Source: the human T2T-CHM13v2.0 reference genome, Homo sapiens. From it: 64,000 nt of DNA. Shown here piece by piece: positions 55,283-64,000 of the stretch; the stretch's first letter is position 1; each line of letters begins with the position of its first letter. Where the stretch lies: assembly GCF_009914755.1 (NCBI RefSeq), contig NC_060936.1; one strand, given 5' to 3'. The notes below the pieces were generated by a model, which saw nothing but the letters and a program-made list of their open reading frames with translations, did not search any database and was not told the origin of the DNA. Made by a program: the position numbers and the translations under genes.

Positions 55283-56188
55283 ATAAAGCAGAGAAGCAGG
55301 AGATTGGATTTGGTCCTGCTCAGCTCTCTCCTTGATTGTCATCTAAACTCTCTGAGCCTCAGTTTATCACAGTGACTCCAGGATTTTGATATAATTATTG
55401 TTATTGTTGTTTTGAGAATGTTTTGTTGTAACTAATGACACACTTGGAGGGCCTGAAGTGCTGGGGGACATGGGTTGGGAATGCAAGGGTGGGCCACCAA
55501 GGGTCAATTTGTTTGGGGGACGATGGAAACTCCTGGAACCCTCCATTCTAAAGCACCAGTGGTTTGGCCCAAGTGCAGTGCAAGGATGGGGAAAGGGAGG
55601 GACTTCTGAGTACTGTTGGAGGTGTGGTGCTCACTAGCTTTCCCCTTACATCTAATGCAGGATGACCAGGGGGATATGTTGTGTGGTAGATTCTTGGGGC
55701 AGGGCATATAAAGATAAATATCAGTCTATTAATTTGTAAAAAGGCATTGCTGTCTCAGGTATGAGAACAATCATGCCTTTGTAATAAGAGCATACTCTCC
55801 CTTTCGACAGACTGATGTGGAAAACAAAATAATCAGAAGGTTGCTGGGTGATGACCTTTGAATTATATCTGGGTAAGATACATCTGTCTCCCACAAATGT
55901 GATCTTACTGGCCAGACCAGAACCTTTGAAGTCTAACAGCTCATGCCCTCTCTCCTCTCCTGGTATGGCACAGACACTGCCCACCAATATTGTTTTGCAA
56001 CATTAGTTTTATCCATGGGCTTGGGAAAATAGTGATTATGTATCTTAAAAAGAACTGAAATAAATGATCCTTGATTTCTCTTCTGGGTTCTCCAATTTCT
56101 CTTCCCTGGTTCTTTTCTGTGATTTGTTCAGAATCATAGTATTTGTGATTCTGTGGTGTCACAAAGCAGTAACATAGCTTAATGGTAA

Positions 56189-56573
<385 letters not shown>

Positions 56574-57737
56574 GACTCTACTTTCTTTACCTCTAACATG
56601 GGGAGACTAATAGTATCTATTTTCCAAAGTTGTCATGAAGATTAGGAGTGAATACACATAATGCATTTGACATAGTGCTAACCATATAGAAAGCACTGAA
56701 ATTTTACATATTTTGAGAATGTACTTGCCCATTTCCTTTGTAATTTACATTTTGTGTGTGTGGCTTTAATGAACTCAATGTTAAGTAATGACTTTTCATG
56801 TTACATAACAATGTGGTGTTATAACCCGGTTAAGTACTTAATATATACATGATGCCAATTTTAGCAGTATTATTATTACTATTATTGTAATAAATCACAA
56901 TGCTGAAATTTCTTAAAATTAATGAGCATATATTCTCCAGGCACAAAGAAAATAAATACCTATTTATGGTTGAAATCTTTTTCAACTCAAGCCATACCCT
57001 TCAGAGGGAGACAATCTGTTGATCACTTCCAGAGCCGTCCCCTGGGAAAAAAGAGACTAGAAAAAAAGAAGCCTTGGGGATATGCTTTGCATGCATTAGC
57101 AAAGTCCAAGGTGAGTTTTCTGCACAATTGTGTCAGGGTATGTTTGTGCTAGCTTATTTTTATTCTCATTGTAGGGCCAGAGTAATTAAGGAAAACATCT
57201 AGTTATGAAATACTGGTAAAAGTTACAAGATAGAGGACAATTAAAAACCACATAGATGGAACTCATTTAGCAATTCCAAGTAGATACAATTGAATTTGCT
57301 TTTTTATGGTTGTTTTTGAATCATTCAATTCATGTAAAATATATTATCTCAAGCATTTTTAAAATTTCATCTTCCAAGGGCTTAAGATTTAATAAGCAGC
57401 AAGCTAAAAACCATAGTCAAATGTGTAAATCCTTTGTACAAATAATAGATAAGATGATTTATTAGAGAATGTAATAGCCAATATAACACTTAATCTTGAG
57501 TAAATGAATAATTTGTGAAGGACTTCATGACTTTTTAAGAAATTTGTAATCACATGGTAGATTTAGATCAACGCTTTGGGTAATTTCTGAATGTAAAATA
57601 ATAAAAATATAATAGGATGAATTCTTGAAGTTTGGAATATAAAAAGCATGATTGATGCTGTGAAATCATGGTTTTTATTTTTTTTAATTTTATTTATTTA
57701 TTTATTTTTATTTTTATTTTTTTTTACACTTTAGCAC

Positions 57738-57743
57738 TTTATT
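57738..57743 (-). terminator. Polyadenylation signal AATAAA of the retrocopy
   Basis: tttatt on +, ~13 nt from the poly-T tract. Confidence 0.8.
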
Positions 57744-57811
57744 CCCTGAAGTTAGGAGGTGCTGCCCAGCAGCCATCATACAACCTCATCAGATTCCAGC
57801 CCATGGACCTC

Positions 57812-58987
57812 TTATAAAGCGTCCAGTATGGCCATCTGCTTCTTCATGGCAGGGAGGTAAAGGCTGAGGTCCCTCTGCATCCCAATACTGAAAGCTTCTT
57901 TCCGGTGGTCACCTTCCTTTACGGTTAACGCGGCCACAAAATCTTCATAGGATGGAGTTGCCCTTAAAGCTAACGCAAAAACCCCTCGAACTACCCAGCC
58001 ATGGTGTTGCCGCAATGTTTTACCATATGCGTTATTCAGGGCTGTCTGGATATCCTTTTCCCCATTTTTCACTTCTGTCAAAAATCCCTTCAAAAATTTG
58101 AGACCTCTCTTCAGCCACAAGAGGGCTTCAGTCGCTGAGTTCCTAACCTGGGCTACATCCGCCTCCACTTCGTGCAGCACTATCTTCTGGAGAGTGGTAA
58201 ACTCTTCTTTGTTGGTTATATACTTCTGATTTACTTTCTTAATATTTTCAACAAGATCCATCTTAACAGGAGCAAACACTGTAGGGCCAAGTTTGTCTAA
58301 TACTGGAACCACAGCACAACATGATGCCAAGAATGCTTCTGTGGGAATGCCACTGTCTTCCAGAAGTTCAATGTCACTAAAGCTTGTGTTCATGGTACTA
58401 AAGAAAGTTGGGATAACTTCTTTGCCTTCCTCCCAGAGGCATTCTGGAGAGCAACTTGAGTCTGATCCAGACTGAGACAAGTTATTGTCATGATTTTTCA
58501 GGTTTTCCATTCTATCTTCCTTCATTATTTCACCTTGGACGGTTATATTATCATCTGTATTTTCCTCACTTGATATGCTGCAGTCTATCTCTGCAGATTT
58601 CAAATATAAGGAATTCTTATTTTTCATTAGGATTTCTTCCTCACCATTTATTTCCATATTTAAAGATCCATTTTCACAAGTGCTCAACTCCGTTTGCCTT
58701 TCCAATGAATTATGAATTGGTATAATAGGATGTTTCATCTTGCTGGACTTGAGCATGGCCAGCTGTGGTGATCCTGGTGGAGTGTGGTAGAGCAGCTCAG
58801 AGGTGAAGGCTGCATTTGCAATCTGCATGCATTCTTCCAAGGTCTTCAGAAAAGTATTACAGGTTGATTTCAGCAAAGTTCCCACATCAATTCCCTCCTC
58901 AGAATTGGACACACCAGTTGTGGTCACTTCTTTTGTTTTATCTACTTGCTGAACAAGGAGGTCACAGCAGAGTCTTAGTTCTGACAT
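57812..58987 (-). CDS. PLEKHA8P1: Residual 391-aa ORF (parental M117-L507): PH-less FAPP2-like protein with GLTP domain ('PLEKHA9'); translation unproven
   Basis: First ATG after the second stop is at 58987 (MSELRL...); uninterrupted to TAA at 57812-57814; GLTP motifs VKMDLVENIKK, EALLWLKRGL, RQHHGWVV. Confidence 0.4.
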   Translation of the reverse strand: MSELRLCCDLLVQQVDKTKEVTTTGVSNSEEGIDVGTLLKSTCNTFLKTLEECMQIANAAFTSELLYHTPPGSPQLAMLKSSKMKHPIIPIHNSLERQTELSTCENGSLNMEINGEEEILMKNKNSLYLKSAEIDCSISSEENTDDNITVQGEIMKEDRMENLKNHDNNLSQSGSDSSCSPECLWEEGKEVIPTFFSTMNTSFSDIELLEDSGIPTEAFLASCCAVVPVLDKLGPTVFAPVKMDLVENIKKVNQKYITNKEEFTTLQKIVLHEVEADVAQVRNSATEALLWLKRGLKFLKGFLTEVKNGEKDIQTALNNAYGKTLRQHHGWVVRGVFALALRATPSYEDFVAALTVKEGDHRKEAFSIGMQRDLSLYLPAMKKQMAILDAL

Positions 58988-59706
58988 TTTGGTTTTCAAG
59001 TTTTCAGTGTTTTCAGCAAACTCTTTATCCTTCTGGGTCCTACTGTCAGTCAGGCAAGCCTTGGCTGATCCCAGGGCCACCAGCCGCCGCTATCTTTCAG
59101 GCACACTTCTGGCCTTCAGGTAGAAATACTGTTCCCCGGGGATTATCAGGTCCATGCATGTATTATCTACAGAATGAACTTCAATTTCACAGACTGCCAT
59201 TTGTATGCTCCCTTTGCAACCTTTCCAGGCATCTTCAGGAGAATCATAATAGGACAATATTCCCCTACAGAGAAAGAACCATCAAGGCTGCCAACTGCTC
59301 AGATAGTTGGTCCACTTGTACAGCACCCACTCCATGGCGCCCACGGCCACTCAGCCCACGCCCACCGGCCCCCTCATTGCCCAAGGCCCCAGGAGGCGAG
59401 GAGCACCAGCAGCAGGGCCATCACCCGGTGCTGCCCAGACGCCCACTCCCGGTGCCCGGGCCCGGTGTGGGGACGCCCGACCTGCCTCACCCTCGGCCCG
59501 GGGTAAATCATGGTTTTTAATTACACTTTCTTTAACTGTTGAATTATATCTACCTTCTAATGCCAATATTTCTAATTTGAAAAATCCCCCTCATACCCAC
59601 CTCTTATTATTTAAAACAAAAACAAAACTCTATGTTTATTTTTCATATTTTTCAGTGAGGGCATCTGTGTAGTGGTATATGTGAACGGGTATAAGAACTT
59701 GCTCCC

Positions 59707-60012
<306 letters not shown>

Positions 60013-60458
60013 ACTTGCTCCCTACTACTGAAATGAATCAGAATGGCCTAGAGTTCTTAGGGTTAGATGCCTGCTGAGCACCCAGAAGCACTGCCAAGAG
60101 TGATTGTGCCTTTAATGCGTCTCCAAGCACCACAGTTTGGCTCTCAGCTTAGCAGGTGTAGAAACTCAATTTAACCCACGTATCTAGATAGCCTCTTGTG
60201 GACTCATATTAACCAAGTCATCTTAGATTGATGTATAAATCAGAATACCAATTAATTAAGTTGCACTGGAAAATACGTACTTTTTTGGTATAAAATAACT
60301 TATTTACATAATTTATATATATAACATAACTGCTGATATGTACCTTTTTTATCTAAGCATTTCTAAGGTTCATGTAGCCAGAGACTGGTTAAATGTTGGT
60401 GCCCACTGTGACTAAGGTACCCGGCACACTGCTTTGCACATAGGAGCTATTTAATAAA

Positions 60459-61048
60459 TGTTGGGAGAAAAGCTGAGTGTTGGGAGAGAAGCTGAGGCAG
60501 GGCTTGCATGTCTGACATAATACAAAAAAGTCTTGAAATATGTCTGGGATCCTGGGTCTAAAACCCCTCGTGGCCTTTGGAACACCAAGCTCTGCGCCAA
60601 AGGGTGGAAGGCTACCCTGATGCACCATAATCTAAGCCCAGGGCATAAAACCCCTTGTGGCTTGGAAAGAATCCAGGGCTCATGGCCTCTGGAATGTGTC
60701 TAGGCTGGCTGGCTCCTTGCTCCCTGCTCTCCCAGGATCTATTGTATCTTGAGTTAAAAGAACCTGCTCTCCATTATCTCAAGTAGCAGAGCATATGCTA
60801 AACCATCACAGCTGTAAATCATGTGCTTAATGCAATGCTCCCTTTCAACCCCACATTCTCACCACCTGTTTCTTTGTTTGATCACCAATAAATAGTCTGG
60901 GCTTCCAGGGCTCGGGGCCTTCACAGCCTCCATACTCGCATTGGCCCCCTGGGCCCACTTTCTCTCTCAAACTGTCTTTTCTCATTCCTTTCACTCTTCT
61001 GGACTTCGTTGTCCCCACAACCTGGTGTTAGGTCCGATCACCCCAACA
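60459..61048 (+). mobile_element. Solo LTR14 (B-like; HERV-K14 family)
   Basis: Begins TGTTGGGAGAAAAGCTGAGTGTTGGGAGAGAAGCTGAGG and ends CCCCAACA; internal AATAAA; TSD ataaa/ataga. Confidence 0.8.
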
Positions 61049-63109
61049 ATAGATGCTAAAAAAAAAAAAAAGGAAAAAGAAAAAATATTAAGAAACAACA
61101 ACAACAAAATGGAGTAAGACTAAGTGAAATGCTGTTGAAATCCCAAGTGCTTAGTATTCCATCCCACCTTCTTAAAGAACATACTTATGATAATTAATAT
61201 TAGTTTTTCAGATTCTGTATTTTTTCTTGAGAAAAAAATTGGATTCTTCTAGACTCCTTGATTGTGAGTCTTCTTGATTCTCTTTATAACTCAGTCTTAC
61301 TTTAGAGATAATAGATTCTAACTGATGAAGTATCAACTTTTCCAGTTAAAAATCTTCAACCCTACCTCTCAGAAACTTAACCCTGGTAAGCTTATTCAAA
61401 CTTCCCAAGTCTCCCTAGTATCTATTAATAGACAATCCCTTTCTTCTTTGAGATAATCTCTCTAAATTCAGAGACCACCTTCTTCACCTGCATTTGTCAT
61501 CTATAAAGAGCAGCTGAAAGAAGAGCTAATGCTCAATTTTAGTGGTTAATACATGTTAACATATATTTTCCCCTTTGGGGAAAAGAGCAATCCCATATCA
61601 ATGGCTGGCGCCCCAAGTGAGAAGGCATGAGAAAGAGGAAAGAAAAAGAAAGAAAGAGAGAAAGAGAGAGAGTGAAAGAAAGAAGGAATGAATGAATGCA
61701 TTCTGGTGGCAGAGTAGGAAGCTTGGGCCCACCTCAACCCAGCCCACAGACACAGCAATTTAGCAACAATTCATGGACAAATTCCTTTGTGAGAAATCAG
61801 AAATGAATTGAAAGACTTCTGCATGCCAGGAGACTATGAAACCAACTCACTGAAACTATTAGGGAGACTCAAGACACCCTCTTGCTAGAGACACTGCCCT
61901 GGCACAGTGCCATACAATCAAGAAGAGACCCACTAGCTCCAAGTTTCACCTAGAGGATAAAAGGGGTTGGTTCACAGCACCCTAACTCTTCTAAGGGGGC
62001 TCCAGAAAGGACTCACTTCTGTTTTTCCAGTCTTGGAACGCTGAAAGATTTGGCACAGTCTAACCACCTGGAGGAAAATGGATACAGTGACTTGGGCTGG
62101 TAGATGTCATTGTTCCTCTCCCCTGCTCAGCACAGAGCAAGCTTATAAGAATGCCAGCATTTAGCCTCTCCTGAGGAGGGAAAGAATTGATCCATAACTC
62201 CTCCAGGCCTTCCCAAAGAACTTGCATCTGTCTCACCAGTCCTGAAGCTCTAATGGGTTCAGTACAATCTAGTCACCTGGAGGAGAGAAGAAACAGTAGC
62301 TCTGGCTAGTAGATGCCATAGCTCTCCCCTACCCATGGCTTAGCACAGGGCAAATAGGCAAAACACAGCTAACTGCTTCTTCCTGGGGAGGGAAGGAGTT
62401 GGAAGAGACCCTCATAATCTATGACTAGGCTGACTGGTGGGGGTCTTCACCTTTACCATGCCAGTTTATGAAGACTGAGAGAGGTACCCGCTTTGTCTAA
62501 CATGTAGACACAACACAGGGGGTCAAGAAAAATGAAGCACCAGGCAAAGATGTTCCAAACAATGGAATGAAATAAATCTTCAGAAAATGACCTAATGAAA
62601 CAGTTATTTAACTTGTCTGATAGAGAATTAAAAATAGCTCTCATGAAGATGCTCATTGAGGTTAAGAGAAACAATGCATGAACAAAATGAGAATTTCAAG
62701 GAAGAGGTAGCAAATATTTAAAAGCATCAAAGAGAAATATAAGATATGAAGCTGAAGAACACAAATGACCTGAAAAATTCACTAGAGGGGTTCAGCAGCA
62801 TACTAGATCAAGCAGAAGAAAGGATCATCAGTGAACTCAAAGACAGGTCACTGATAATAATTCCTTCAGAGGAGCAAAAAGAAAAAAGAATGAAAAAGAG
62901 TAAAAGTAAGCCTAAGAGAATTACAGAACACCATTAAGCAGACCAAATATGTATTGTGAGAGTTTCAAAAGGAGAAGAAAGAGAGAAAGAATGAGAAAAC
63001 TGATTCAAAGAACTAACAACTGACAGCTTCTCAAATCTTAGGAAGGGAATGAACATCCAGATCCAAGAAACCCAAAGGGATGCCAAATATGAACCTAGGG
63101 AAATCCATG

Positions 63110-63435
63110 GGCCAGGCACAGTGGCTCACTCCTGTAATCCCAGCACTTTGGGAGGCCAAGGTGGGCAGATCATTTGAGGTCAGGAGTTCATGAGAAGCCT
63201 GACCAACATGATGAAACCCCATCTCTACTAAAAATACAAAAAGTAGCTGGGCATGGTGGCGGGTGCCTGTAATCCCAGCTACTTGGGAGGCTGAGGCATG
63301 AGAATCACTTGAAACTGAGAGGCAGTGGTTGCAGTGAGCCAAGATCATGCCACTGCACTTGAGCCTAGGCAACAGAGCAAGACTTCAACTCAAAAAGAGA
63401 AAAAAAAAGAAAGAAAGAAAAGAAAAAGAAAAAAA
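63110..63435 (+). mobile_element. AluS nested in L1M ORF1
   Basis: Full dimer with A-rich tail; gaaatcca flanks both sides. Confidence 0.9.
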
Positions 63436-63566
63436 AAAGAAATCCACACTGAAATGCATTATACTCAAATTGTCAAAAGCCAAAGACAATACCAATTTTG
63501 AAAGCAGCAAGAGAAACAATTTGTCACATACAAGGGGTCCTCCAGTAGATTATCAGCAGATTTTTC

Positions 63567-63811
63567 AGCAGAAACCTCACAAGCCAAAAGGGAGTAGGAT
63601 GATATATTTGAAGTACTGAAAGAAGAAAAACCTGCCAACAAAGAATACTATACCCAGAAAAACTCTCCTTCAAAAATGAAAGAGAGGTAAAGCAGAAACC
63701 TCACAAGCCAAAAGGGAGTGGGATGATATATTTGAAGTACTAAAGAAGAAAGCCTGCCAGCCAAGAATACCATACCCAGAAAAACTCTCCTTCAAAAATG
63801 AAAGCGAGATA
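63567..63811. repeat. ~124-bp tandem duplication within L1M ORF1
   Basis: 'agcagaaacctcacaagccaaaagggagt...ccttcaaaaatgaaag' occurs at 63567 and again at 63691. Confidence 0.9.
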
Positions 63812-64000
63812 AAGACTTTCCCAGACAAACAAAAGCTGAAGTTCATCACCACTACACCTACCTTAAAATAAATGCTTTAAAAAGTTCTTCAAGTTGAAAC
63901 GAAAGGCCACTAAGCAGTAACTCAATAGCAGAAGAGTGTGAAATGTATTGGCAGAGGAGGCATAACTTATAGCTTGTTACTGGCAACACACAATTTGCCA

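Larger units (their letters stand above)
57678..59504 (-). pseudogene. PLEKHA8P1: Processed pseudogene of PLEKHA8/FAPP2 (PH + glycolipid-transfer domain protein)
   Basis: Intronless copy from a GC-rich 5' UTR through ATG (59335, MEWVLYKWTNYLSSWQP*) to the parental stop (57776-57778); AATAAA and decayed poly-A (57678-57725); 15-bp TSD aaatcatggttttta at 57663-57677 and 59505-59519; in-frame stops at codons 18, 82 and 508. Confidence 0.96.
61700..63920 (+). mobile_element. Old L1M 5' UTR and ORF1 remnant, interrupted by an Alu
   Basis: ORF1-like translations (LKNSLEGFSSILDQAEERIISELKDRS; 'ctctccttcaaaaatgaa...taaagactttcccagacaaacaaaagctg'). Confidence 0.75.

Noticed and set aside
57812-59080. 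422-aa ORF starting at 59080 as listed in the track
   Set aside because: It starts at a GTG (parental V86). The first true ATG is at 58987, giving 391 aa.
58816-59672. 234-aa and other plus-strand ORFs over the retrocopy
   Set aside because: Antisense shadows of the PLEKHA8 CDS and GC-rich UTR with no recognisable domain

Overview
Human/primate genomic DNA, AT-rich and dominated by transposable elements. It is most likely 12q12 between DBX2 and ANO6, inferred from recognising the PLEKHA8 retrocopy, not from a search. No canonical multi-exon protein-coding gene is visible. Main contents: (1) a minus-strand processed pseudogene of PLEKHA8/FAPP2 (PLEKHA8P1/PLEKHA9; 57678-59504, 15-bp TSD, poly-A). 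It has two stops in the PH domain but a 391-codon open frame covering the glycolipid-transfer domain, and a candidate newly created splice acceptor. (2) A ~4.2-kb SATR1/SATR2-like satellite (38911-43150) whose ~73-bp unit is built from two palindromes. (3) A 5S rRNA retropseudogene. (4) Two near-full-length dead L1s with TSDs, many Alus, MaLR/ERV LTRs including a solo LTR14, and DNA transposons (MADE1, MER1B, MER5, MER8). (5) A strong CTCF motif. (6) A set of local templated duplications: a 77-bp and a ~220-bp inverted copy, a 291-bp direct copy inserted into an L1, a perfect 16-bp hairpin and several short tandem duplications. Repeat subfamily calls were made by eye from remembered consensus sequences. 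Boundaries without TSD support are approximate.
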